Source: an uncultured Verrucomicrobiae bacterium (GTDB taxonomy: Bacteria; Verrucomicrobiota; Verrucomicrobiia; Limisphaerales; Palsa-1400). From it: DNA of 64,000 nucleotides. This document shows positions 1 to 10,649 of this stretch, in pieces. The translations under genes were made by a program, and so were the position numbers. Below the pieces are notes generated by a model. That model was not told the DNA's origin, did not search any database, and was given only the letters and a program-made list of their open reading frames with translations. The number at the start of each line of letters is the position of its first letter. The first letter of the stretch is position 1. The DNA lies in contig CAVXRD010000002.1 in NCBI GenBank assembly GCA_963764165.1, positions 1,152,001-1,216,000 on the forward strand. Direction: 5' to 3'.

Positions 1-1
1 C

Positions 2-3000
2 GGCCGCGTGATTGGCGGAAAAGACGCGCATCCAATTCTCCATGTTGGCGATGTTTTCCAGGTTGGCCTCGTAATTGGGGGCGCCGGAGGAGCTGGCGGC
101 ATCGACCAGCGAGAACACATCCGTAAAATCGCTGTCCGAATCCGGCGTGCGGCGAATCTCAAAGTTGTAACGGTAGCGCGCCGTTTTTTTGACACCCCCG
201 GTCGTGGTGTAGGGCAGGAGAGTGAGAAAAGACTGGTTGTCGAAGGCCATGGTGGCGCCGGAAGGGAATGGCGCCATTTCAAACCAAGGCTGCATTTTGA
301 AAAGGAAGCCGTCGCTGTCATTGGGAAAATGCTCCTTGACGACATCGCTGCCGGGAACCTGGGTGTCCTCCATGAGCAGCCCGCGGCGGATTCCGTTGAC
401 GTATACCGCGACCAGCCGCTTGTAAAGCCACGGGACGCCCACCGCGCGCAGGAACGTGTTGGCCAGCTCTTCGCGCTGGAGGCTTGCATCATCGCCGGGC
501 GAATTGCCGGGCTGATGGATTTTATTGAAATCCGTGGCCCCGAGAAATTTGTCGTCGTCATTGAACTCCCACTTGTAGTGGCAGAGGTTTCCTGTCGGCG
601 TGTCAAATTCCTGGTGGTACGGGCTGCCCGCGAAGCGGCCCTGCATATTGTAAATGACGCGGCTATTGTTGACAAACGTGCAATCGTTGCCTTCGTTGCT
701 CAAGTCGGAAAGATTGGCCCAGCGGGTGGCGTTGGTTTGGGTCAGCCACAAATGATAAACGCCAAAGCTGCCCGCGGGCGCGCTGTCACCGAACATCACG
801 ACGCATTCCGGCGTGGGAATATTGTCGTTGGTGCGCAGGCTCGGGAAGCGGGTCGTGTTGCCGTAGTTATCCGTCGCCGTGATGTAAAACGCGGCAATCT
901 GTCCCGCGGCCTGGCCCGGAATGGTCGCGCTGAAAACGCCGTCGCCGGGAATTGCGTCACCGATGGTGCCCTTGTCGCTCATGGCCACGATCGAGTAACT
1001 GGTGGAAGGATCAAGACGGTAATAAAGATCCATCGCCCGCACGCCATCGGGATCGTGAACTTTTGCGGAGACGACCACCGGAGAACCTGCGGGTGGAACC
1101 GTCGGCAAATGAGTCACGCTGTAAATGGCGGGTCCGGCGTTGGTGACGTAGCGGCTGTTGGGCGCGCCCGGCGTGCCGAGGTTTGACGGGACGGGCATGG
1201 CGCCGGCCGCCTCAAGCCAGTTTCCATTGACTCGCAGCAGTGCCTCGGGCCAGCCGTGCAGCCACCGCGCTTTGAATCGGAGAGTGGCGGTCTGTCCGGC
1301 GCCAAGCGTGTTGGTCAGGAGCGCAACCTGGCAGGAATTGTCCCCGGTCCAAATTCTGTCGCTGCACCGGATGTGGAGCGAATGCCCGCTCTGGTAGCCC
1401 GTGTTCTCCAAGGTGGACCGCACCATGCAACCCTGAAACGACCAATTCATCCCAAATCCATTTTCAAACGTTCCGTTGGAGACGTAATTGACCCCGTTGT
1501 AATCAAATTCAATGTTATCCACCAGGCACTCGCCGGAATCCAGCAGGCCGATTTGAGCGTAGTCAATGCTCGGGTCATAGTTGGCGCCGTTGTCAAGCAC
1601 ACCCGTGGTTTCGATATCGACCCATGAAGACTTTTGCGTCTCGTCGCTGTCGGCCCAATTCGCGGCCAGGCGGTGATTTGAATGCGGATCGATCAATTCC
1701 AGGCTGCTTCCCCCGCCGCCGGACCATTCGCCCCACCGCCCGCCCGTGCCATAGGTCACTTCATCCTCCTCGACGTAAATTGTGTTTGTGCCGAAATAGC
1801 TCATCGGCTGGGCCAGCACCACGAGTTCGCCGTCATGCGATAATTTGCCAGTGAAATTTCCAAACGTATTTGCGGAATTCAGATTGGTGTAGTGCGCAAA
1901 AAGATTTGCGGTATTTTTCCCGATCACCACATAACCGTTAGGCCCAATGCTCGCGCCGGCGGGAAACGTGAAGGTGACGCCTGCTGTGAATTGCCAGCCT
2001 GCGAGACTAATCTCGTTCGTTCCCTGGTTGTAAAGCTCTATATATTGGTCGTCATCATTTTCACTGATTGGGTCGTACATCAGCTCGTTGATGACAATGC
2101 TGCCGATCAAAATCGGGCTGTTGTTGGTGCCCGGCGTGTTCGTGGTGAACGCATAGAAGTCATTGGCGCCGTCCGGCCAGCGTCCGTAGGAAACGCCGTC
2201 CGCCTGCGGGCCAAATTGGACGGCATCGAGCACGCGGCTGCCGTCGGATTTGATGAAATATAGCGTTTCGCCCTGGCCATTCAACGCAAAACCAAGCTGC
2301 GACTCCGTGAAGCTGACAAATCCAACGCGTCCAATGGTCGTCCCCGCCGGAATGACAAATTTATTGGTCGTCGGATCGTCCGTCAGGATGCAGCCCGAAA
2401 CATCCACCGCCGTCGTGCTGTGATTGTAAAGCTCCACGAACTGCGGCACGGCGGGATTCTCGCTGTGCGGAAGAATTTCGTTGATGACGACATTGCGAAG
2501 AGGGGTGGGCCGGAACGGATCCGCCTGCCCTGGAGAACCTCCGACGGCGTCGCTGATGTCCCATGCGCGGGGATCGCCTTCGCCGTAAGACGGATTGGCG
2601 AGAATCAGCGAATGGCCGGTGGCGCCGGTGGCGACCGGCCATGGATACACATCCGCATACGGCACTGTCAACAGAACATTGCTTTGCTCATCCAGCATTT
2701 GCAGCGTTTCAGAATGCTTGAGGCTGCCGTTGTAAGGGCCAAAGACGTTGGAGGTCAGCCCGTAAACATTGGCGATGCCGGAAGGCGAAGCCGCCAAAAC
2801 GTAATACGCGCCGCCCGGAATCAGCGTGTTGGCCGGGAAGGTGAAATTCATATCCGCGCACGTGACCTGGTAATGGCTGATGTCCTGAAAGAACGGGCAG
2901 GAATTATAAATCTCCAAAAACTCGACGTTGTTTCCATCCGAGCGCGCAGCCGGTTTCCACATAATCTCCGAGAAGACAATTCCGGTCTTGCGGCTGCTGG

Positions 3001-5377
3001 GGCCAATCGGTTCATGCGGATAGGCAGTGGTGGCAACCACGGCGCTGGCGAGAGTATTTTCGAAGCTGGCAAATTGCGCGATAGTGGCCTGGGCGCTATT
3101 GTGGCTCTGCGCCGCAAGGCCGAGATAAATCTGGCTCGGCATGGGGATGGTCGCCGAGCCGAGCACTGTCCAATTCGTGCCATCATAGCTGGCGTAACCC
3201 GTAAAGACACTGCCCACGCGAGCCAGGCGCAGCCACGTATTCGGATAATTGGCGGGAAAATTTCCCGCGGTGCTGGCCGTGGCGTTGGTGGTGAGCCGCG
3301 ACGAGAAAAAGCTGCCGTTCATGCCCGGCGTCGCGAGCGAGGCAGCAAAGGGCGCGGACGGATTGAAACTCGGCCGGGCCATCAACCCCGCCTCGGCCCA
3401 AAGATCCGACAAGCCAAGCGAAGCCACGCGGACGCTGACATCAAAATTTCCGGTCACAATTTGGTAATCGAAATTAAATTGGTCACTCGCGCCCCCAATG
3501 CTGTTTCCCGCGCTTGTCATCGAAATCGTTCCGGCGGAATAAGCGTCAGCGGAGGCCATGGCCGGATTTCCGATATCCTCCGGCGCGAGCGGCGACGCGA
3601 CGAAGCTGGCGGTGGAATTCGGCGCGATCACGTTCGGTGTGCTGGCGAGATCTTTGATGTTATTGACAACCAATGTGTAGTTGCTGCCATACACCACCGA
3701 AGCGCAAGTAAGCGTTACGGTCGCGCCGCCGACACCGAGTGCGGCGCGGGTGATTGCCAGACCGTTCGTAAAACTATAATTGGCGATGTTGGTTGCGCTT
3801 GCGGCCGCCACGGGCTTGGAGAATGTCACTTGCACACTCGTCAGCCCAATGTTGAAAACGCTGGCGACCGTTGGCGGAACGGTGTCCGCAAGAACGGTCA
3901 AGGCAATCGGCTGGGAAGTCACGGAGCCGATGCTGTTGGTGACGACGCAGGTGAGAATCTGCCCGTTGTTTGTCAGGAGGCTGGCAAAAGGGAGCGAGTA
4001 GGCAGGCAGGTTTGCTCCCGGAATCTTCGCGCTTCCGTTGAACCATTGATAACCGACTGCGGCTTGGTTTGTGACCAGCACAGAAATCGCAAGAGGTGTG
4101 TTCTCCACCACAGTGGTGCTGCCGGATTGCGAGTAAATTCCGGGCGGCGCATTCGAGCCGGTGTAGGGGATCATTCGCGTGCCGGACGTGCTTGCAGCGG
4201 GCAGCGGCTGCTCAAATTTCTGGTTAGGCAATTGCCACTGCACAGCCAGGTTATCTCCGCCGCCCCCCTGTTGCATGAGCGCCTCGATGTAATAGCGGCA
4301 GCCGCCCGTCAAGTAGAATTGCGCGGATTGCTGGTTCGTGTAAGCTGTCCACTGCTCCGATGCCGTATAGCCCGGCACCGAGGCGATCATCGTGGCGCCG
4401 GCGGGATTCTCGTTGGTGCTCAACAGCAATTCGGACGTGTCGTCGCTGGAAATCCAAAACGTGTAAAGCCCATTGGTTGGCGGAACGATGTAAGCCCGCA
4501 GCATCTGCCCGTAGTTGTTCATCCCCGTGTTAATCTCTGTTTGAAAATTTGTAAAAACGTGGGTGTAAAATGCCGAAGGGCGGTTTGGCCAGTTCGTGTT
4601 GTAGAAGGCGTTGGTGAGAACCTCGAGAGTATTGCCCAGGCTGGAATTAAGATTGGTCCATAATTCACGGCTGACGCCAAATATCTCCTGGCTCAGCGCG
4701 ACGTTCGTGAATGCCGAGGTGTTGAGATCCGAATTGTTGTGCGAAGTCACCGCCAGCCCAGCGAGCGCTGTGCCCGCCAATTGAAGAGTGGTCGTGCCCG
4801 CCAGCCACCAATTGGTTCCATCCACACTATAATATCCGCTGAAATTGCCGTCCGAGCGCACCAGTTGAAGCCAAACAGGAGCCGAGATCCCGCTGATGGC
4901 CGTGCTTGTGCCCGCGCCGCCGGGGGTGGCGCGGTATTGGAACACGACACCGTCGGTCGCCGACACCGCCATCAAGACGTTGGCGGCTCCGGCCGAAGAA
5001 TCGTTGCGAAACATGACTCCCGCCTTCGACCAGCCTGTCGTTGGATCGCTGTTCTGAATGCTCGTGACTTCAGCGATGATGGAGCCGTCGCAAGGAAAAA
5101 CAGCGCTGGCAAAATTGAATTGGTCGGCCGCGTTCCAAATATCGCTGCCGCCTCCCGTGATCGTCCACGCGCCATTGGTGTAAGCGGCGGAGCCAGCTTC
5201 TCCCGGGCTGCCAACGTCCGAATCCATCCATCCCGGTGGCAGGCTCGCCTGCGCATTTGCCAGAGTGGTTCGGAAGATAACGAGGATCAGGATAGCGATC
5301 GCGAGCGCAAACCTTCCGATGACTCGGCTAGGTTCGATGGATAATCCGGGTTCGCCGCCTCCCAGCGGCACGATCAT
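2..5377 (-). CDS. Large secreted multidomain protein (carbohydrate-binding-like N-domain, PA14, Ig-like, lamin-tail domains, CotH-kinase-like region); 3'-partial
   Basis: Not in the ORF track, presumably because it has no stop in the window. Manual translation from ATG 5377: MIVPLGG..RFALAIAILILVIFRTTLANAQASLPPGWMDSDVGSPGEAGSA. It contains PA14-like YGQMLRAYIVPPTNGLYTFWISSDD and LTD-like VINEILPH/VINELMY, and ends NIANMENWMRVFSANHAA in the same frame at base 2. Not every internal codon was checked. Confidence 0.8.
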   Translation of the reverse strand, partial: MIVPLGGGEPGLSIEPSRVIGRFALAIAILILVIFRTTLANAQASLPPGWMDSDVGSPGEAGSAAYTNGAWTITGGGSDIWNAADQFNFASAVFPCDGSIIAEVTSIQNSDPTTGWSKAGVMFRNDSSAGAANVLMAVSATDGVVFQYRATPGGAGTSTAISGISAPVWLQLVRSDGNFSGYYSVDGTNWWLAGTTTLQLAGTALAGLAVTSHNNSDLNTSAFTNVALSQEIFGVSRELWTNLNSSLGNTLEVLTNAFYNTNWPNRPSAFYTHVFTNFQTEINTGMNNYGQMLRAYIVPPTNGLYTFWISSDDTSELLLSTNENPAGATMIASVPGYTASEQWTAYTNQQSAQFYLTGGCRYYIEALMQQGGGGDNLAVQWQLPNQKFEQPLPAASTSGTRMIPYTGSNAPPGIYSQSGSTTVVENTPLAISVLVTNQAAVGYQWFNGSAKIPGANLPAYSLPFASLLTNNGQILTCVVTNSIGSVTSQPIALTVLADTVPPTVASVFNIGLTSVQVTFSKPVAAASATNIANYSFTNGLAITRAALGVGGATVTLTCASVVYGSNYTLVVNNIKDLASTPNVIAPNSTASFVASPLAPEDIGNPAMASADAYSAGTISMTSAGNSIGGASDQFNFDYQIVTGNFDVSVRVASLGLSDLWAEAGLMARPSFNPSAPFAASLATPGMNGSFFSSRLTTNATASTAGNFPANYPNTWLRLARVGSVFTGYASYDGTNWTVLGSATIPMPSQIYLGLAAQSHNSAQATIAQFASFENTLASAVVATTAYPHEPIGPSSRKTGIVFSEIMWKPAARSDGNNVEFLEIYNSCPFFQDISHYQVTCADMNFTFPANTLIPGGAYYVLAASPSGIANVYGLTSNVFGPYNGSLKHSETLQMLDEQSNVLLTVPYADVYPWPVATGATGHSLILANPSYGEGDPRAWDISDAVGGSPGQADPFRPTPLRNVVINEILPHSENPAVPQFVELYNHSTTAVDVSGCILTDDPTTNKFVIPAGTTIGRVGFVSFTESQLGFALNGQGETLYFIKSDGSRVLDAVQFGPQADGVSYGRWPDGANDFYAFTTNTPGTNNSPILIGSIVINELMYDPISENDDDQYIELYNQGTNEISLAGWQFTAGVTFTFPAGASIGPNGYVVIGKNTANLFAHYTNLNSANTFGNFTGKLSHDGELVVLAQPMSYFGTNTIYVEEDEVTYGTGGRWGEWSGGGGSSLELIDPHSNHRLAANWADSDETQKSSWVDIETTGVLDNGANYDPSIDYAQIGLLDSGECLVDNIEFDYNGVNYVSNGTFENGFGMNWSFQGCMVRSTLENTGYQSGHSLHIRCSDRIWTGDNSCQVALLTNTLGAGQTATLRFKARWLHGWPEALLRVNGNWLEAAGAMPVPSNLGTPGAPNSRYVTNAGPAIYSVTHLPTVPPAGSPVVVSAKVHDPDGVRAMDLYYRLDPSTSYSIVAMSDKGTIGDAIPGDGVFSATIPGQAAGQIAAFYITATDNYGNTTRFPSLRTNDNIPTPECVVMFGDSAPAGSFGVYHLWLTQTNATRWANLSDLSNEGNDCTFVNNSRVIYNMQGRFAGSPYHQEFDTPTGNLCHYKWEFNDDDKFLGATDFNKIHQPGNSPGDDASLQREELANTFLRAVGVPWLYKRLVAVYVNGIRRGLLMEDTQVPGSDVVKEHFPNDSDGFLFKMQPWFEMAPFPSGATMAFDNQSFLTLLPYTTTGGVKKTARYRYNFEIRRTPDSDSDFTDVFSLVDAASSSGAPNYEANLENIANMENWMRVFSANHAA

Positions 5378-5550
5378 AAAATTTTTCACGGTGTCGCCAG
5401 AGATTGTCTCAGAACTTCCTGGGGGCAGCAATTAAATTTGCTGACAGTGCAGTCCCCTCCCCCTTGCGACGGAACGCTTTGGCCAAGGGCATCGTTTCCG
5501 ACGGCCCGGCCAAAGCGTCCAGCTCCTCACGAGCGATTCCGCCCAAACGC

Positions 5551-8500
5551 CTACTGTGCGAGTCGGAAAAACTGGGACGCGCCATCCGTTGGCAGCGTGA
5601 CCGAATTGGTTCCGTTGGCGCTGGTCACTGAATTTGTCACGTTGACCCAGTTTCCAAGACTTAAGTCCGCGCTGGATTGCAGGGTATAGCCGCTTGCAGT
5701 CCAGCTTAGGCTGACGCTTCCTTTTGCCTGGGCGATGTTCAGTTGCGCGCCAGGAAATACGCCAAAGAGCCGGAGTTCGCCAAGCTGCACGACAGTTCCA
5801 CTCTGGGGTGCGCCGATCGTGATGCGATAGGACGTGCAGGCGACGGTGTTCGTTTCCGCGGAAAACTGTTGGATTTCCAGGTTGCTTGTCGCCGCTTTTG
5901 GAGCCGCCGACAGCAGCGTTGCGTAATGGAATCCATCGACCGTTCCTTCGATCGTCAGGCTCGATGGCACCCGGCCCGGGTAGGAGGTGTCATCACTTCC
6001 ACCGATCATTTCGATGCCTTTCAATACGGATGATCCCAAGGCGGGCGTTAAATCGACCTGGCACGAGTTGGTGCCTGACATCAATACGAATTTATTTGTC
6101 AGTTGACCGACCTGCCGGTCAAACAAGCCGCTCAAGGTATACCCCGAGGGAAACGACGCGCCCTCTCGGAGGGTCACGCTCACGTCGTCGCTGCTGGAGG
6201 TAATTTCGCCGAATGGCAGAAATTCCACCTCCGCCACTTGCATGGCGGTCGCCGCCGCGGAGTTGGACACGGTGGGAAACGTCAGTTGATATTCGGAATA
6301 GGCCGTCGTGTTGGCAAAACGGACGGACTGGATGGAATCGCGAGCTATGAAAGGCGGAATGCCATTGCTGGCAATCGTCACAAAGTTCGAACCATCGTCC
6401 GATCCAGCCAGGACGAACGACGAGGGATCATCTTCAGGATGATCTGGGGCGCTGATAAAGGTCAGGGCTGTCACGACTTGCCGGCCGGAAGGAAACACGG
6501 TGAACCCGGTGTTGAATATGTCATCATTCGCGTAGACGGTTTGAATGACTCCATCAATGGCATTATTGACACCTTGGCCAGCGGGGCTGTTGGTGGAGGT
6601 GGCGGTAATCCAATCCCCGGGCGAAGTGACTCCAAAAACGGTGGCGTCAGCGGTGGTGGTAAAGGTGGCGTCCGCGCCGAGGATCGTGCCACCAGACCAG
6701 GTCAGAGCCACACGATAATGATAGGTGGTCGTTGGCAACAGGCCGCCGATGACGGTGGCGAGAGTGGCCAACTTTGGATTGGCGGGGATTGTTTGCACTT
6801 CGGTAGTCTGGCCATAACTTGTGTTGGTGCCATATTGGATGGTCAATTGAATCGGGTTGACAGCGGTATTGACGGACGTTTCCACCACGGCGGAGCGCGC
6901 ATTCGTTTCCGCGCCTGTTACTCCGATAATAACCGGGGTGAAGTTCGGGACGAATACCAGTTGCAATTGATGCGGCACGTTCGCCGACACGTAAAAGTGG
7001 CCCGCGTAGGTTTCACTGGCGAAGCTTGAAACGTCGATCACAAACAGGTTTGAGCTAAACCCAGTCAAGTTGCCGGTGTAAGTGGCGATAGTCCACGACG
7101 CGCTGTTCGAGGCGTTGAAGCCAGTGGTCACGCCGGGCAATGTATGCGGAGAAATGCGAATGGGAGCGGCATTGGAGGCGTTGATGGCAAGATCGCCACT
7201 GATTTGCAGCAGTCCCCAGTTAGTCCCGGCAACTCCCTGCGCCAACCCGAGGTTCCAGTTAAAATCCATGCCGCTGGACCATGTTTCCGATCCAGAGCTG
7301 AGCGTGCCCATCGGAAAGCCGGGCGAAATTCCGCCGCCATTTCCGACGGCCACTGTTCCAGTGACGGTTCCCGCGCCTGAGAGAATTCCGCCGTTGACCG
7401 CGACCGCCGCGCCGCCGTTGAGCAAACCGTTAATGGCCAGCGTCCCGCCATTGACCGTGGTGACACCTGAATACGTGTTGGTCGCAAGGAGTGCCGTGGT
7501 CCCGGAATTCTGCGTAACGCTCAGATTGCCGAACAGCGGAACAGCCGCGCCGCCGCTGGTGCCGTCCTGAGTCAAATAATAGTTCGTGCTGGCGTGGTTG
7601 AAAATGACATTGCCGGTTCCTTGCCCCGCAACGATCTCGGGCACATCCAAAATTCCCGGCGCGCCGCCGTTGCCGATTTGCAAGGTCCCAGATGCGGCAG
7701 CGCTATTTTGCCCAAGGAAAATGGGGGCTCCGTTTGCGAATACCATGGCGCCGCCTTCGACGGTCAAGAAGCCGGTATTATTGTAGCCAACGTTGATGGC
7801 GTTTAAAGAGATCCACTGCGAGCCGGCATCTTTCACGATCACGGTTCCTGAAGCCCCCGTATTGTAGGCCAAATAGGCAGCTTGATGAATAACCTTCGCA
7901 CCGCCTGCGACGACCAGCGTGGCGGCGGACGAATTGCCAACATAAAGAGCGGAAGATGGAGAAGTGATGGAGGCGCCGCTATTCGATACCACCAATGTTC
8001 CGCCGTCGAGCAGGGTCTGTCCCTCGTAGGTGTTCGCGCCGGTAAGAATCACTGTCCCGGAGCCAAGGTTTTGCAGTGATCCAGTTCCACCGATGGATTG
8101 CGGGACAGTGGAGACATCGGAGCGATTGAACTGCAAAATGCCGTTATTCACCGTGGTCGCAAAGCCGAGGTTGCCGCCGTTCGTCACTTCCAGGTAACTT
8201 CCGTTGATATAAGTCGTGTTGGAGCCAGGAAGAGTCATATCCAGCCCCCAGGTTCCGCCCCCTTGCACAATGACATCGCCGCTCATGGTGACGCCGCCGC
8301 TGACGGCGGAAGCCATGCTGGGCGCGCCAGCTCCACCGAAGATCAATTGCGACGAGGTGGAATTTCCGAGGTTGACGCCTCCAGAAATGGCGCTGCCGGG
8401 GAGAACCGTAAGCTGATTGGGATAATTTCCCATGGAAATTCCATTTTTGATCGTGCCCGCGTTGATCACCGTCGCCGCAGCACCGCGTGTGACAACGCCA

Positions 8501-10362
8501 GTGCCAGCCGGACTGGCTGGATTAAGGATCCCCGCCGCCGCCACGAACGGTCCACCCTGGATCAAGGAAGTGTTATACAATACGCCGCCGCCATTCATTT
8601 GGATGCCCGCGCCTCCGACAGCGCTCCCGCCGCTGGCGCCAGACAGAGTTCCGCTATTGGTGACAAAGCAGTTGGTGGAAAAAGAAAGTCCTGCCCCCCC
8701 TTCACCGCCATAACCGAAGCCGGACCCGGAATAATTGAGGGACCCAGTGCCGCCAGAGATGGTGCCGCTATTGATGACGGTCGCAACGGATGAAAACGCG
8801 GCTCCCGGGCCACCGCTGCTGGCTGATCCGCCGCCGCCTCCTTTGATGGAGCCTTCGTTGACCAGAATCCCATTCGTGTGGAATAACAGGCCTGTTCCTC
8901 CACCAGCGCCTACGTCAGAAATGCCTGAGGAACCGCCGCTGGCTGAGATAACGCCCGTGGCAAGGTTTGTCGCCAGGGCGAAGCCGGAAAAGCTGACACC
9001 GGAGCTGCCTGCCGCGCCTCCCGCAGAGCCGCCCGCAGAGATTTGTCCAGCGTTCACGAGTGTTCCGTTGGTCCTGTAGGAAACGCCAGTTCCTCCCGCT
9101 CCTTGCGCCCCCAAACCGGTCGAATTTCCTCCACCCCCCTGAATGATGCCCGATGCGTTGTTGTTTAATGTGCCGGAGCCGTTGAACGTCACAGCGTCGC
9201 CGGCGGATGCATTGCACCCGTTTCCTCCGGTAACCTGTCCCGAATTATCGAGCGTCCCGTTGGTGCTGTAGGAGACTCCCGTTCCTCCTGCGCCCGCCGC
9301 AGTCCCGCTGGCGTTCCCCGCTCCTGCAGCAATGATGCCGGAAGCCGTGTTGGTCAGGGTGCCGGCGCCGTGGAACGATACAGCGCTCCCTCCGTTGCCA
9401 TTGTTCCCCGCGCCGCCCTTAATGGAACCATCGTTCACAAAGTCGGCGTCGGACTGCGCATTAACTCCCCCTCCGCCGCCAGCGCCCGAAAGAAACGCGT
9501 CTCCACTGGCAGCGCCGCCCCCGGTGATCGTGCCAGCGTTATAGAATGCGCCCGCGTTCAAGTCCAACCCGTCGGCCCCGGGTCCAGGATTAGAAACAAT
9601 ATCATTGGTTCCAACTCCGCCCGTAATGTCGCTGCCTGCGGAATTGATAACCTCTCCGCCGTTATTGATCACGCCTGCCATTCCCGGATTGCCGTTGAGG
9701 GCACTGGCACTCCCCAGCCCGCCCAATTGCAATAGTCCGCCGTCGAGCGTGACCGATCCAAGATTATTTAGCCCTCCAAGCTGCAAGTCGCCCCCGACCA
9801 CCGTCAAAGGGCCGCCGGAGATAGGATTCGTGCAAACTACGGAGTAGCCGGTGCCTTCGAAGGTTAATCCATTAGCCGTGATCGTGACTGCGGAACCGCT
9901 AACGTCCCTGAAAAAATTTTGGCTGCTCTCGGTCGGGAAAAGGGTCGCGCCGTCAAAAGTCGCGGTGCCCAAGCCGCCTAAATCGAGGTAGCTGGCGAAC
10001 AGCGTTCCGCCGTTGCTCACAACTATAAAATTCGTTATTCCCGCCCCGGTCGAGTAGATCGCGCCGGTATAGAGCGACCCACCGTTGATGACGATTCCGC
10101 TGCCGGATCCCAAGCCGACAGAATTTGCCAGGCCTGAAACGTTTGTCGGCACGAATACCTGGTTGCCGTTTAGAATCAGGGCGGTATCCGACAGTGTCGG
10201 GACAAACGGATTCCAATTTGCCGCCGTGTTCCAATTGCCGTTTGGACTGACAAAGGAGTCGATGCCTGCCTTGGCAGACGCCACACCTGTGGCGACGATG
10301 GCAAAGGAAAGTAAAAAACGGGCGCGCTCAAGTTTTAAGGTCATGCCGGTTACGTGTTTCAT
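5551..10362 (-). CDS. Giant Gly-rich beta-helix surface protein with autotransporter-associated beta-strand repeats, FN3-like and discoidin-like domains (paralog A)
   Basis: Signal peptide FLLSFAIVATGVASAKA; repeats GSGTVILTGANTYEGQTLLDGGTL; C-terminus ...SQFFRLAQ. Start set at MKHV (10362) by alignment with paralog B. Confidence 0.85.
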   Translation of the reverse strand: MKHVTGMTLKLERARFLLSFAIVATGVASAKAGIDSFVSPNGNWNTAANWNPFVPTLSDTALILNGNQVFVPTNVSGLANSVGLGSGSGIVINGGSLYTGAIYSTGAGITNFIVVSNGGTLFASYLDLGGLGTATFDGATLFPTESSQNFFRDVSGSAVTITANGLTFEGTGYSVVCTNPISGGPLTVVGGDLQLGGLNNLGSVTLDGGLLQLGGLGSASALNGNPGMAGVINNGGEVINSAGSDITGGVGTNDIVSNPGPGADGLDLNAGAFYNAGTITGGGAASGDAFLSGAGGGGGVNAQSDADFVNDGSIKGGAGNNGNGGSAVSFHGAGTLTNTASGIIAAGAGNASGTAAGAGGTGVSYSTNGTLDNSGQVTGGNGCNASAGDAVTFNGSGTLNNNASGIIQGGGGNSTGLGAQGAGGTGVSYRTNGTLVNAGQISAGGSAGGAAGSSGVSFSGFALATNLATGVISASGGSSGISDVGAGGGTGLLFHTNGILVNEGSIKGGGGGSASSGGPGAAFSSVATVINSGTISGGTGSLNYSGSGFGYGGEGGAGLSFSTNCFVTNSGTLSGASGGSAVGGAGIQMNGGGVLYNTSLIQGGPFVAAAGILNPASPAGTGVVTRGAAATVINAGTIKNGISMGNYPNQLTVLPGSAISGGVNLGNSTSSQLIFGGAGAPSMASAVSGGVTMSGDVIVQGGGTWGLDMTLPGSNTTYINGSYLEVTNGGNLGFATTVNNGILQFNRSDVSTVPQSIGGTGSLQNLGSGTVILTGANTYEGQTLLDGGTLVVSNSGASITSPSSALYVGNSSAATLVVAGGAKVIHQAAYLAYNTGASGTVIVKDAGSQWISLNAINVGYNNTGFLTVEGGAMVFANGAPIFLGQNSAAASGTLQIGNGGAPGILDVPEIVAGQGTGNVIFNHASTNYYLTQDGTSGGAAVPLFGNLSVTQNSGTTALLATNTYSGVTTVNGGTLAINGLLNGGAAVAVNGGILSGAGTVTGTVAVGNGGGISPGFPMGTLSSGSETWSSGMDFNWNLGLAQGVAGTNWGLLQISGDLAINASNAAPIRISPHTLPGVTTGFNASNSASWTIATYTGNLTGFSSNLFVIDVSSFASETYAGHFYVSANVPHQLQLVFVPNFTPVIIGVTGAETNARSAVVETSVNTAVNPIQLTIQYGTNTSYGQTTEVQTIPANPKLATLATVIGGLLPTTTYHYRVALTWSGGTILGADATFTTTADATVFGVTSPGDWITATSTNSPAGQGVNNAIDGVIQTVYANDDIFNTGFTVFPSGRQVVTALTFISAPDHPEDDPSSFVLAGSDDGSNFVTIASNGIPPFIARDSIQSVRFANTTAYSEYQLTFPTVSNSAAATAMQVAEVEFLPFGEITSSSDDVSVTLREGASFPSGYTLSGLFDRQVGQLTNKFVLMSGTNSCQVDLTPALGSSVLKGIEMIGGSDDTSYPGRVPSSLTIEGTVDGFHYATLLSAAPKAATSNLEIQQFSAETNTVACTSYRITIGAPQSGTVVQLGELRLFGVFPGAQLNIAQAKGSVSLSWTASGYTLQSSADLSLGNWVNVTNSVTSANGTNSVTLPTDGASQFFRLAQ

Positions 10363-10431
10363 AAGCTGTAATTTTATTTGGATGCTGGTCACAGTCGGAT
10401 CACAACGATTAGTTCTCCGATTCACCTCATA

Positions 10432-10458
10432 CAGAGCTCTTTGAAAACCGAAGTTTCA
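10432..10458 (-). promoter_or_regulatory. Putative ECF sigma promoter P1
   Basis: Minus strand TGAAAC-ttcggttttcaaagag-CTCTG (16-nt spacer); same architecture at 15104 and 19368. Confidence 0.65.
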
Positions 10459-10649
10459 GAAAATCGAAAATAAATGAGCCCTGGCTGGCCGGAGGAAAAG
10501 CCGGTTCCCAAGACCCATTGCCGAAAGGGCCACGTGAATTTTCGAGTGGGGGATTGGTTTACCAAAGGTGTAGCGCAGCTTCGGAGGCCGCGCCGCGAAA
10601 TCCGGAACCCCGGCAGCCCAGTCCCGCCGGAGTTCGCTGACCAAGCCGC

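Noticed and set aside
8..4663. Long plus-strand ORFs (392 aa, 747 aa)
   Set aside because: Antisense shadows of the minus-strand CotH/LTD gene; no recognisable motifs.
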